Source of the DNA: Bacteroidales bacterium
GTDB lineage: Bacteria > Bacteroidota > Bacteroidia > Bacteroidales > VadinHA17
NCBI GenBank assembly: GCA_025455395.1
Contig: JALOMO010000027.1
Location: 1 to 56,086, forward strand
Direction of reading: 5' to 3'
DNA: 56,086 nucleotides
In this document: positions 1-9,745 of the stretch, piece after piece
How the letters are laid out: each line of letters begins with the position of its first letter
Position numbering within the stretch: position 1 is the first letter of the stretch
The notes under the pieces: generated by a model
The model's input: the letters and a program-made list of their open reading frames with translations, nothing else
The model's database searches: none
Told to the model about the DNA's origin: nothing
Program-made: the position numbers and the translations under genes

Positions 1-1728
1 GAAAAGTCGATAGAGATGCTTCATGAGCGTTTCGGCAACAACATAACACTGGCACAATTCCCAGTAAATGAAGGTACCGGTTTCAACACTATTGTTGACA
101 TCATCAGCATGAAGATGCTGCGCTATGCCAAGGAGGGAGGTAAGGCTGAGGTAGCTGATATCCCTGCTGACCACAAGGCAAAGGCAGAAGAGCTGCATGC
201 TGCACTGATAGAAAAAGTTGCAGAGAGTGACGAATCTCTCATGGAGCTGTTTTTTGCCAACGATACTCTGACCGAAGAGGAGATCAGCAGGGGTATCCGT
301 GCCGGTCTGCTTAAGAGAGGCATTTTCCCTGTCTTCTGCATTTCTGCAAAAGGCAATATAGGTGTCGACAGACTTCTTGATTTTATCTCTGCTTCTGCTC
401 CTTCACCCGCTGACATGCCCCCGGCAAAGAACTCAAAGGGTACTGAGGTAAAATGCACCTCTACAGGACCAGCATCAGTATTTGTATTCAAAACAACAAT
501 TGAAGAGCACATTGGCGAGATAAACTATTTCAGGGTTATGTCTGGCAAGATCAATGAAAACCTTGACGTAATAAACACAAGCAACGGAACAAAGGAAAGG
601 CTATCACAGATCTTCATATGTGCAGGAAAGAACCGTACAAGGATCCCCGAGATCCATGCAGGTGACGTTGGTGGCTTCGTGAAACTGAAGAATACAAAGA
701 CAAACCATACGCTTAATGCTCCGGGGAATGACTGGACGTATGAGTTGATGAGGTTCCCGGATCCCAAATACCGCACTGCAATCAAGCCCGTCAGCGAGAG
801 CGATGAGGAGAAGCTTGGTGAGTCGCTTAACCGCATGCACCAGGAAGATCCTACAATAATAATAGAATATTCAAAGGAGCTTAAGCAGATCATTATCCAC
901 GGACAGGGTGAGTACCATCTCAATATCCTGAAGTGGCATCTTGACAACATTTTCAAGATCGAGACCCAGTTCATAGCTCCCAAGATCCCTTACCGTGAGA
1001 CAATAACCAAGTCAGCCCAGGCTGATTACAGGCACAAGAAACAGTCAGGCGGCGCCGGCCAGTTCGGTGAAGTACATATGATCATTGAGCCTTTTGAAGA
1101 AGGTTCTGAGGCTAAGTCAATGATGAAGATCGCCGGCAAGGAGATAAAGCTGGCAAACCGTGACAAGGAGGAGATTGATCTTCCATGGGGAGGCAAACTC
1201 GTATATATGAATTGTATAGTTGGAGGTTCGATCGATGCACGCTTTATGCCTGCCATTCTTAAAGGTATAATGGAAAAGATGGAAGTAGGTCCTCTTACCG
1301 GTTCATATGCCCGTGATATCAGGGTATATGTCTATGACGGCAAGATGCACCCCGTTGATTCAAATGAAATCTCATTCCGTCTTGCAGGCCGTAATGCTTT
1401 CAGCACTGCCTTCAAGAATGCAACACCAAAGATACTTGAGCCTGTATATGATGTTGAGATCATGGTTCCTGCCGATCGTATGGGTGATGTCATAAGTGAC
1501 CTTCAGGGCCGCCGCGGAATGGTTCTCGGTATGGCAAGCGAGAAGGGATTTGAGATCATAAAGGCAAAGGTTCCGCTCGCAGAGATGAATAAGTATTCAA
1601 CTGCACTGAGTTCACTCACCGGTGGCCGGGCAATGTATACGATGAAATTCTCAGAATATGCTCAGGTCCCGGGCGAAGTCCAGGATGCTGTAATCAAAGC
1701 ATATGCTGCTGAAGAAGAAGAAGAATAG
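1..1728 (+). CDS. fusA2: Elongation factor G paralog (EF-G2 type), 5'-truncated by the window edge
   Basis: Frame is open from base 1. Contains HGQGEYHL, PKIPYRET, HKKQSGGAGQFGEV, YDGKMHPVDSNE and ILEPVYDVEI. A domain IV insertion (EEGSEAK...LPWGGK) is typical of Bacteroidetes EF-G2. Confidence 0.9.
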   Translation, partial: EKSIEMLHERFGNNITLAQFPVNEGTGFNTIVDIISMKMLRYAKEGGKAEVADIPADHKAKAEELHAALIEKVAESDESLMELFFANDTLTEEEISRGIRAGLLKRGIFPVFCISAKGNIGVDRLLDFISASAPSPADMPPAKNSKGTEVKCTSTGPASVFVFKTTIEEHIGEINYFRVMSGKINENLDVINTSNGTKERLSQIFICAGKNRTRIPEIHAGDVGGFVKLKNTKTNHTLNAPGNDWTYELMRFPDPKYRTAIKPVSESDEEKLGESLNRMHQEDPTIIIEYSKELKQIIIHGQGEYHLNILKWHLDNIFKIETQFIAPKIPYRETITKSAQADYRHKKQSGGAGQFGEVHMIIEPFEEGSEAKSMMKIAGKEIKLANRDKEEIDLPWGGKLVYMNCIVGGSIDARFMPAILKGIMEKMEVGPLTGSYARDIRVYVYDGKMHPVDSNEISFRLAGRNAFSTAFKNATPKILEPVYDVEIMVPADRMGDVISDLQGRRGMVLGMASEKGFEIIKAKVPLAEMNKYSTALSSLTGGRAMYTMKFSEYAQVPGEVQDAVIKAYAAEEEEE

Positions 1729-1762
1729 GAACAGGTATACAAAACATTATAATTGTCAAACA

Positions 1763-1790
1763 GTAGAGACGTTGCATGCAACGTCTCTAC
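1763..1790. repeat. Perfect 28-bp GTAG-type REP-like palindrome between convergent genes
   Basis: GTAGAGACGTTGCATGCAACGTCTCTAC is its own reverse complement and starts with the GTAG tetranucleotide of REP elements. Confidence 0.8.
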
Positions 1791-1820
1791 ATGTTTATGG
1801 AAATTATTTCCCTGTCAGAT

Positions 1821-3974
1821 TTAATTCAGCCTGTTGATTGTCCGCACCGCCTCCAGTCTCACCGGATCGGAGAAACCAGCGGTGTCGGCTATGATCTTAT
1901 TGCATGTCTCAATTATCACCTGCCTGTTGTAGCTATGGCTGAACCACCCGAACGCCTCAATAATAGCAACCTCTATCTTCTCTCCGGGCGCTGTGAGGAG
2001 ATACTGACACAAGGGTTCTATCGCAGGATGGTATGTAAGATTGCGCATTGCCCTGATCTCGAATATCTTGTTCTTTTCACTCTCCTTTTCGCCCGTAATT
2101 GTTACAATGGCATCTGCACATGATCCGGTCTTCCTTTCAATGTCTGTCAGTACCCGCCGGTAAATCTCACCGAGATAGTTTGCAGTATCGATACCTGCAA
2201 ATTGCTTTTCAAGTTCATTGACCAGGAGGTCCTTATCAAAGTATGCCAGGGCATCTGATGCCTGGTAACTGACTCTTTTTGAAATATTAGGGTCGGTAAC
2301 CGCCCTGATCAGCGCTGGAGCGAGCCTGGGATCACCCGATTCCTGGCAATATACTGCTGCGTGACGCCTGATCAGCTCATATGAGTCATCAAGAGCTGCT
2401 GCGGTGACCTTTATGAAGTTATCATCACACAACTGTGCCAAAAGCTTCATCGCAGTCATACGGGTGACGGAATATGGCGAACTGAAGTACTTCTCAGCCA
2501 GGAGATTGCTTATGGAGGGGTACCCTGACACCTTCAGCGTCCACAATGCCCAGCTCTGTACATCAGGGTGAGGATAATCAGCCAATTTCAGCAGCTTTGA
2601 CTCTTTGCCTGCTGCAGACATCATCTTTTCAGCATTGAGTCTCATGTCAGAGGAGGCAAATCTGAAGGTGGGGTCACCGATGATATGAGTTTCAAGCAGG
2701 CAAACCATCCGGTTCCACTCCCCTACCCTGAGGCCGTAAGAGAGAAGTCCGACCATCTCATCAGGGAATTTATCCTGAAGTGAGTTGACGGTATTGGCCT
2801 GTGCTGCGATGGTCCGTCCCGGTCCGAAAACGTAAGCTCCGGAAATGAATTCATCTGTATGAAATGACCCGTTGAAACAGGCATCGAACATGATAAATCG
2901 TGTCTTGATGTCATATTTCATGACATCAGCAGATATGATATCCATATCAGCAAACCATGCTGAATCCTTTTCTGTCTGCGTTTTTTCATTGGCACCACGG
3001 AACCATGAATCAGGGACATCAAGCCATTCTGTATACTTTGCCTTTGCCTCTGTTGTATCCTTAACACCTCTCACCTTTGAGCGGAGATAGTACTTAATGC
3101 TTTCAATATTCTGCTGAACGCCGTTAGCCGCCTGCTCAGAGCCGGCCAGCTGTGCGTCGGTTGATCCATGGTGATGCAGGAGAGCTATATCAATATTCTC
3201 AGTTGTCATGGTTGACAGAATCCTGTTTTTGATATGCTCCTCGAAAGTATAATCAATGTATTCGAGTCCGTTATCCTGCCTGTTCAGCTGAGGGAACTGC
3301 TGTAGCAGTGCGGCCTTTTCATCCATCCTTGCAGTCATTGATTCTGAATTATACCCATGCCCCGCAAAAAAGAGTACCTCATCTACAAGATCAGGATTTC
3401 TGTGTGCCTCCACCACTTTTAGGAGATAGGCTTTCAGTCTTGAGCCATCGACGTCGCCTGGAATACGAATTCGTCCTGTATATATATCGGGTGTCATCCT
3501 CTGAGGCGACTCCGGCCTCAGGCTATAATAGAAATAGAGGCCATTTGTGTCTGCCCTGAGGTAGCTGAACAGGAGGTCAAAATCCTCATAAAACCTGTCA
3601 GAGGGTACAGATGAACGATGCCACGGGTACCTCTCCTGGTCCATCTTGAAGGCAGAAGTAAGGTGTTGCGCATCGCGCAGCATCGGGACAGGTATGTCGC
3701 CGATGAATACCGCGCCTTCAAAAGCACTGTTCTTCCTTTTCATACTCTCAAGCAACGTCCTGATTGAATCAGGATGATGCCACTTGTCCTCAACAATGAC
3801 TGCTTCAAGCCCTTCAGACCTGAGAGTGGTTGCATAGAGATTGATCTCATCAGACGCTGCAGCCATGGAATGACTGTCAGCAAGTATAATAAATTCAGTT
3901 CTGCCTGTCTGTGAAAAAACTACCGGGAATGCAGATAAAGCAAGCAGTATAAGTAAGTATTTCGTTTTAGTCAT
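1821..3974 (-). CDS. Secreted/periplasmic peptidase C25 (gingipain)-like protein with C-terminal HEAT-like repeats
   Basis: Signal peptide. C25-like motifs GAVFIGDIP, SDRFY, PDIYTGRI, HHHGS, FDACFNG and IIGDPT. Helical repeats follow (AALDDSYELIRRHA, LIRAVTD). Confidence 0.7.
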   Translation of the reverse strand: MTKTKYLLILLALSAFPVVFSQTGRTEFIILADSHSMAAASDEINLYATTLRSEGLEAVIVEDKWHHPDSIRTLLESMKRKNSAFEGAVFIGDIPVPMLRDAQHLTSAFKMDQERYPWHRSSVPSDRFYEDFDLLFSYLRADTNGLYFYYSLRPESPQRMTPDIYTGRIRIPGDVDGSRLKAYLLKVVEAHRNPDLVDEVLFFAGHGYNSESMTARMDEKAALLQQFPQLNRQDNGLEYIDYTFEEHIKNRILSTMTTENIDIALLHHHGSTDAQLAGSEQAANGVQQNIESIKYYLRSKVRGVKDTTEAKAKYTEWLDVPDSWFRGANEKTQTEKDSAWFADMDIISADVMKYDIKTRFIMFDACFNGSFHTDEFISGAYVFGPGRTIAAQANTVNSLQDKFPDEMVGLLSYGLRVGEWNRMVCLLETHIIGDPTFRFASSDMRLNAEKMMSAAGKESKLLKLADYPHPDVQSWALWTLKVSGYPSISNLLAEKYFSSPYSVTRMTAMKLLAQLCDDNFIKVTAAALDDSYELIRRHAAVYCQESGDPRLAPALIRAVTDPNISKRVSYQASDALAYFDKDLLVNELEKQFAGIDTANYLGEIYRRVLTDIERKTGSCADAIVTITGEKESEKNKIFEIRAMRNLTYHPAIEPLCQYLLTAPGEKIEVAIIEAFGWFSHSYNRQVIIETCNKIIADTAGFSDPVRLEAVRTINRLN

Positions 3975-3977
3975 GTT

Positions 3978-5549
3978 TCAGAAGGTCAGGCCTAAAGTGG
4001 CATCAAAATAATAACAGGTCATTGTTTCTGTTGCATCACCTATGGCAAACACATAATCAAACCTCGGCGCAATATAAAAGGATCTTACAGTCTTGCCGGA
4101 GGTGAATCTCTCTATTCTGGCCGTGATAATGCCTCTTAACAGATCAGCCTTAAGTACATCAAAATCACTATAAACCATCTCCGGGATACTCTGTGTCTGC
4201 TCCTTGAATGAGAGTGTGGATCCCAGGTTTTTCCTGTAACTCACCTCAGCTCCTGGTGTTATTCTTGTGTTACCAGAAGCGAAAACCCTTTTATAAAAGG
4301 CTGAAACAGCAATATCCATTGTCTCCATTTCTCCGTAAGTCTGGAGAGGATAATGGCCTGAGGAGTAGTATCCAAAATTAATATTACCGCCCATATCGCT
4401 TTTGACATCATATCTCCCTATAAATGTCGTATACCTGTAACCGGCATTCACATGGACATCAGTTATTAGATGCTTGTCTTCTATCCAGCTTACAGTAGCA
4501 AGAGAATCATAAGAATAGGTCGGCTTCCTGATCGGGTATAATCGCTGAATAATTTCATCGCCGCTCATACCTGATAATGTTCCGTTCAGGCTGATTGTGT
4601 GAAATGCTCCTGAGGTGCCAATGCGCAGTATGTCTGAGAAAATAAGGGAGTTGGTCGTTGCGATACCGTCTATAAGTCTGTATGATGAGCCCGATCTGGC
4701 CTCATCCTGCACATGGTTAAAAATAAACTCGGCAGTGTTAACCAGGTTTCCTGTTTCATAAGATGCCTGGATACCTGCCGAGTAACCGGAACCACTGTAC
4801 AGCTCGGAATAGTATGTAATGTCAGGTTCATCCTTATAGTATCCTAAGCCTTGCAGGATGAAAAGGTCCTGTGACCAGTTGCCTTCAACAGAGAATGATA
4901 TTTCATTGCTTGAGGTGAATACAGAGCCTGTAATACCGAGTTTCAGCTTACCCAGATCGTATATCAGGCCGGGGGTAATCTTAAGTGAGGTGATGTTGTT
5001 TTTATTCCTGGGGTCTTTTTGTTTGGATCCAAGTGCCGCATTATATTCTGCTCCTACCGCAACAAACAGCCGGTCGCTTACCCTCATGCTTGCCTCCCCT
5101 GCGAGATCAAATCCCTCCTTAATCTGTGTACCCGGGACTGTATCACCGATGATATACGGATTAAGGCTGTTGAACATCATGGTGCTGTTATATATGAGGC
5201 CGTCATAATGATCATTCTGATAACCGAATGCTCCGGAGAGTGAAAGCTTTCCAAGTTTCATATAGCCTTTTGTTTCAGCATAAAACGAGGAGGTGGTTTC
5301 AGGTTGAATATAAAGTCTGATGTCATCTTGTTTATGGCTGTATCCTGCCTGTGCAAGGTTCAGGTTGCTCATACTGAATGTTGAGAGCGCTGCCGGGTTA
5401 GAGGTGTTTGTCCACGGAGCAAAAAGGGTAAGGTCTTCAAAGAGCCTGCTGCCTGCAGTAATGGCAATTGTATCATCAGCCATTGCAGGTCTGGTAAAAC
5501 TGACCATGGCAAGGAGCATCAGAAGCGCCTGTTTCAGGAATTTTTTCAT
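3978..5549 (-). CDS. Outer-membrane beta-barrel protein (DUF6850-like)
   Basis: Signal peptide, N-terminal NPAAL motif, amphipathic beta strands, DPRNKN motif, and a C-terminal barrel signature ending in F (DATLGLTF). Confidence 0.65.
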   Translation of the reverse strand: MKKFLKQALLMLLAMVSFTRPAMADDTIAITAGSRLFEDLTLFAPWTNTSNPAALSTFSMSNLNLAQAGYSHKQDDIRLYIQPETTSSFYAETKGYMKLGKLSLSGAFGYQNDHYDGLIYNSTMMFNSLNPYIIGDTVPGTQIKEGFDLAGEASMRVSDRLFVAVGAEYNAALGSKQKDPRNKNNITSLKITPGLIYDLGKLKLGITGSVFTSSNEISFSVEGNWSQDLFILQGLGYYKDEPDITYYSELYSGSGYSAGIQASYETGNLVNTAEFIFNHVQDEARSGSSYRLIDGIATTNSLIFSDILRIGTSGAFHTISLNGTLSGMSGDEIIQRLYPIRKPTYSYDSLATVSWIEDKHLITDVHVNAGYRYTTFIGRYDVKSDMGGNINFGYYSSGHYPLQTYGEMETMDIAVSAFYKRVFASGNTRITPGAEVSYRKNLGSTLSFKEQTQSIPEMVYSDFDVLKADLLRGIITARIERFTSGKTVRSFYIAPRFDYVFAIGDATETMTCYYFDATLGLTF

Positions 5550-5575
5550 TTTTAAGGGTTCTGTTAAAGTACTAA

Positions 5576-5613
5576 TACCATACCAGGTGATCTAAGTATC
5601 ACCTGGTATGGTA
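5576..5613. other. Intra-operon stem-loop (16-bp perfect stem, 6-nt loop)
   Basis: TACCATACCAGGTGAT-ctaagt-ATCACCTGGTATGGTA, just downstream of the lipoprotein stop codon. No strong U-tract follows. Confidence 0.75.
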
Positions 5614-5628
5614 ATGTGCCAAACCTTC

Positions 5629-6840
5629 CTAATCAACCACTGTCCGGTTAATAAAAGGTGTCGGAGTCCAGTCACCAATAAAGTCATTAAATGAATTATT
5701 GGTGTCTTTATAAATAGCTTTCCCGTCAAGTACTTTAGCCACCTTGCGTCTTACGCTCTTACTGCCGTATATTCCTGAGGTGCACCATACCATTCCTGCA
5801 TCAATCGATGTTGGAAGTCTTTTATACCTGTCAGCCTCATTTGCCCTGTTTATATCAACACCGTCAATAACCCAATCTTTATGAACCATTAAGTACTTAA
5901 TTGTTGATGTGGTTCCAGGTTTTGTCATGAAATTATTGGGGTCAGCCGCGAAGGCTGCATGGTTGAGTCCGGTAGGTAATCTGAAGATTATCAATGCTGC
6001 ACCATTGACAGAATGGAGCCAGTCAATCATTGTTGCAGAGGTGGTGTACACAACAATCATGTTAGTTGATTCAGGTGAATCGGTATCTTTTCCGGGAGCT
6101 TCGATGAATGCCTCAAACGGTGCGTCACCCATGTTTACAGGCGAATTCGGGTTCCCAAGCGGGTCAGTCTGGTGGTCAATGGCATCATGCGCAAGTACCA
6201 CGCTTGTCCTGGGCTGAATGGGATACTGCTGACCTGTCCCGGGGAACATCAGGGTATGGAATGAAACCGGTAACCTGTCCATAAGTGAACCGTCCGGATT
6301 AACCCAGGCTGAGGGTGTGGTACCAATTGGCTCAAGTACTCCTATACATAATCCGTCAAGGTAAAGAACCCCGTCACTGTTATTATAAATTTCATGGAAC
6401 TGGTCTGAGTAATAGTTTGAGCCGGTTGGTGTTTTTGAACCGCTGTAATAGACCTCCTTGATTACAAGCCCGCCAGATTTTGAGCTGGCTATCATATTAA
6501 TGTCCCAGTAATTAATGTCATAATTAACAGTAAGATTTTCAGTTATGCCGTTGAAATAGAATTCATCCGTTTCGTGAGAGGCAGAAATGGTATAGATGCC
6601 TTCTTCGAGTGGAACCTTAACTGTACCATTTTCTTTTGTGGTGACTATCGTCTCCTGTCCGTTCAGTGTATTCTGGATTGTTACTTCAAGGTCCGCAACC
6701 CCGCTAATACCGTACCCGACCGGGTAGTAGACCATTATTAATACATCATAGAGCTTGGCGCCCTCTTTCTGACATGAGGGTAGCAATGCCATCCCGGCCA
6801 CCAGGATCATTGCCAAAACAGTTAACTTTTTCATAATCAT
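5629..6840 (-). CDS. Surface lipoprotein (DUF4876-like), partner of the TonB-dependent receptor
   Basis: Lipobox LPSC followed by QKE. Motifs LVIKEVYYSGS, DQFHEIYNNSD, WVIDGV, DAG and DTNNSFNDF. The start may be 6834. Confidence 0.75.
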   Translation of the reverse strand: MIMKKLTVLAMILVAGMALLPSCQKEGAKLYDVLIMVYYPVGYGISGVADLEVTIQNTLNGQETIVTTKENGTVKVPLEEGIYTISASHETDEFYFNGITENLTVNYDINYWDINMIASSKSGGLVIKEVYYSGSKTPTGSNYYSDQFHEIYNNSDGVLYLDGLCIGVLEPIGTTPSAWVNPDGSLMDRLPVSFHTLMFPGTGQQYPIQPRTSVVLAHDAIDHQTDPLGNPNSPVNMGDAPFEAFIEAPGKDTDSPESTNMIVVYTTSATMIDWLHSVNGAALIIFRLPTGLNHAAFAADPNNFMTKPGTTSTIKYLMVHKDWVIDGVDINRANEADRYKRLPTSIDAGMVWCTSGIYGSKSVRRKVAKVLDGKAIYKDTNNSFNDFIGDWTPTPFINRTVVD

Positions 6841-6849
6841 AGATATTAG

Positions 6850-9738
6850 TTAGAATTTGAATTTAATTTCTGCTCCAAAGTAAAGAGGCTGGTTCTTCCT
6901 TGCGTATACCTCCGGTGCACCGCCCCATACTTTAAGCAGCGGTGAGTAGTTGGTTATATTGTTTGCATAGAATGAGAAATTTACCATGTCTGTTATCTCC
7001 TTCGTAAGCTTGAAGTTCAGAACGAAGTAGGGCGGATAGCCGGTCTCAAGAAAATACCAAGGGGTATTGTAGTTCTTAATCATATCTGAGTATGGCTTCG
7101 TGACAGCGAGGGCAGGGTCAAAATCATGATATTCCATCTTCCTGTCATAGTAGCCGACGGGGTTTACATACTTCGGATAAGTTCTGTCTGTAAGAACATC
7201 ATCTACAGGCTCTTCAGTATAGAACAGCGGATTACCATCAGTATCCTCATAAACATTCATCCCGCAGTCTACCCATATAATCTGGGCTGTGACAGAAGCC
7301 ACCATCCGGAGCTCCTTGATATGTGTTATGGTACGTATGTTTGTATTAAACCTCTTATCAACTGAGCCGTTCCCGCCGGGATAAACTGCCACATAGGGAA
7401 ATTCCTTCCCGCCAATGGATCCTGTTGAAGGCTTCTGAAGGTATGTATTGGCAGTCTGTCTCTTTACATACATGTAGGCACCGTCGATTACAAATGAGGT
7501 TCTGAGTGCCCTGACTGTTCCAAGATCGACTGTAAACTCTACACCCTTTTTAGTGACGATGTTATCATTCGAAGGATATGTAAAGCTGACAAACACAGTG
7601 TCCTGAGTCATTGGTACCTGCACTTCTGTTCCGGTACCCGGATCTATATAAAAGACTCCTGAGCCCTGCACCAGGTAAAGGTCAAGGCCATTCTGGACAG
7701 GTTGTGTATACTTGTTGTAAATGAAGTTTTCATAATAGGATTGAAAATCAAACCCATTCTCCATTCTTTCAGAATATAATGTTACTGACACATCGGTGCC
7801 TCCCAGTCCGAAGTCAATTCCTGCTTCAATTTTTTCATTCACAGCAGGCTCAAGTGATGTATTCCTTGGATTCTCAAAGATCTTTGTCGTAACAACAAAT
7901 GTTCCGCTCTGGGCTACGGGATCGTAGTAACTCAGACCCGTTTTGTCCCAATATGCCCGGTCAGGATAAAGGTAGAGCAGTGAAGGTGCCTTTGAGAAGA
8001 AGCCGTAACCTCCTCGCAGGGAAAGTTTATTGAGGAATTTGCTGCCACCGTCAAATAATGTATAACGCAGGTTGAACCGCGGATCAAGCATTGTGGTCTC
8101 CTCGGCTGAGGTGAATAACCCCTCGGGTTGTACATTGGTGAACCTGACGCCTGCCTGAAGATCAAGCTTTGTCTGCCCGATGGGGATGTTCAGATTCTCT
8201 TCAGCATACATCGCCAGCTGGCCGAGTGACGGGATATCCTTGTAGGACCTGGGTCTGGCATCGCTGCTGGAGGTTGGTGACGGAGGCCTGGAGAGGTCAT
8301 AGATTCTTCCTTCACCATTATTCCCGTATAATCTCCAGTCTATCCCTGCTACAATGTTGTTAAGCATGCTTCCGATCTTGAAGGACCTGTTTCCTGAAAG
8401 CTTACTGTCAAAATAATATGGTTTTCCGTCAATCGTAAGGTCGCTCAGGTAGTTTGAGGGTAGTATGGGTACCTCATTTTCACCGGGTTCGAGTGCAACA
8501 GGCTGGGGCTGTGCCCCTGATGGGATTTCCTCCAGTTCAAGCTGGTGGCCAACCTGATGCTGAATATTACCTGATACCATGAAATTTAAATTGGTGAAGA
8601 GCAGCGAATTAAGCGCCCATTTACCGTTCAGGTTCATTGATAAGCCTTTCTCGTTTGCCTCATACTCTTCAATCTCAAGCATGTCAGGATCATTCTTGCT
8701 TATATCGATTGTCTGCGTTGCCCTGGTTGAAAGGCTGAGGGTTAAAGGTCTTCCTGTCTTGAAAAAGGTGTTGTTCCAGATCAGTCCTGCATTTAACCTG
8801 TTGAAGGTCTTGTACCTGACCCTTATATCATCAAAACTCTGTGTAAAGTCAAAGTCGAGGTTGATAATCCCGGCTTTCTGGCCCAGACTGAATCCCTTTC
8901 CGGTATAAAACTGTTTTATCTCCGGGTCGATCTTAATCTTTGCAGTGAATGGTGTCTGTCCCTTTTTCAGGGTGACCTTCACGGCTCCGCTCAGCATATC
9001 GCCGTTCTCAACTCCGGCTATACCTCTTACTACTTCAATAGTCTCAATATTATCAACCGGTATCTGCCGCACATCTGTTCCGCCGGAGGCGGTAGTGGCA
9101 AATCCGGCCGTAATTCCCGTTGCAACAGTGTTAGTCTTCAGGAATTGCATGTTGGCGTCGTTTGAAACGGGCGCCCCGTCGACAATCAGTAGTGTTCCAA
9201 GGCTGGCCATATTGTCGGCCCCGTACCCGTCTTCAGTAATAATCTCCCTGATGGTCAACTGCTTAGGCCTTGAGAGATCAGGGTTCTGGGTTATTTGCCC
9301 CGGCAGCAGCTGCATCACATCTGACAGGTCAGTAGGCTGGACATGCTGTATGGCGGCCTGCTCAATCATTGATCCGGAAGCGAGTCTCCTGCCCTCTTTG
9401 GCGGTGACAACCACATCATCAATAGCCAGTGTCGCCTCGTCAATCAGGATATTTACCTTTTCCGAATCGAGGGGGAAGGAGACACGTTCCTCACGCTGGA
9501 TAAAACCAAGGCATGAGACAACGATAGTATATGTGCCGGACGGAATATTCCGAAGTTCAAAATCTCCTGCCTCACTTGTCGTTGCCCAGATATTCAGCTC
9601 CTTTATTACCACCGTAGCCATCATGACCGGCTCATTGGTAGTCTTGCAGATTACCTTACCGTTCATCGAATGCTTCGTCTGGGCAGTTAGTGTCAGCCCG
9701 GCAAGAAGCATAATCAATATTGAAAGTAGCTTTTTCAA
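6850..9738 (-). CDS. TonB-dependent receptor with N-terminal carboxypeptidase-regulatory-like domain
   Basis: Likely TTG start at 9738 (MKKLLSILIMLLAG signal peptide). TonB box-like DDVVVTA, plug motifs DVMQLLPG and IETIEVVRG, C-terminal FGAEIKFKF. Confidence 0.9.
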   Translation of the reverse strand: MKKLLSILIMLLAGLTLTAQTKHSMNGKVICKTTNEPVMMATVVIKELNIWATTSEAGDFELRNIPSGTYTIVVSCLGFIQREERVSFPLDSEKVNILIDEATLAIDDVVVTAKEGRRLASGSMIEQAAIQHVQPTDLSDVMQLLPGQITQNPDLSRPKQLTIREIITEDGYGADNMASLGTLLIVDGAPVSNDANMQFLKTNTVATGITAGFATTASGGTDVRQIPVDNIETIEVVRGIAGVENGDMLSGAVKVTLKKGQTPFTAKIKIDPEIKQFYTGKGFSLGQKAGIINLDFDFTQSFDDIRVRYKTFNRLNAGLIWNNTFFKTGRPLTLSLSTRATQTIDISKNDPDMLEIEEYEANEKGLSMNLNGKWALNSLLFTNLNFMVSGNIQHQVGHQLELEEIPSGAQPQPVALEPGENEVPILPSNYLSDLTIDGKPYYFDSKLSGNRSFKIGSMLNNIVAGIDWRLYGNNGEGRIYDLSRPPSPTSSSDARPRSYKDIPSLGQLAMYAEENLNIPIGQTKLDLQAGVRFTNVQPEGLFTSAEETTMLDPRFNLRYTLFDGGSKFLNKLSLRGGYGFFSKAPSLLYLYPDRAYWDKTGLSYYDPVAQSGTFVVTTKIFENPRNTSLEPAVNEKIEAGIDFGLGGTDVSVTLYSERMENGFDFQSYYENFIYNKYTQPVQNGLDLYLVQGSGVFYIDPGTGTEVQVPMTQDTVFVSFTYPSNDNIVTKKGVEFTVDLGTVRALRTSFVIDGAYMYVKRQTANTYLQKPSTGSIGGKEFPYVAVYPGGNGSVDKRFNTNIRTITHIKELRMVASVTAQIIWVDCGMNVYEDTDGNPLFYTEEPVDDVLTDRTYPKYVNPVGYYDRKMEYHDFDPALAVTKPYSDMIKNYNTPWYFLETGYPPYFVLNFKLTKEITDMVNFSFYANNITNYSPLLKVWGGAPEVYARKNQPLYFGAEIKFKF

Positions 9739-9745
9739 GGTACCG

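Noticed and set aside
1776-2123. 115-aa plus-strand ORF starting in the palindrome
   Set aside because: Its ATG comes from the REP-like palindrome, and the rest is antisense to the C25/HEAT gene.
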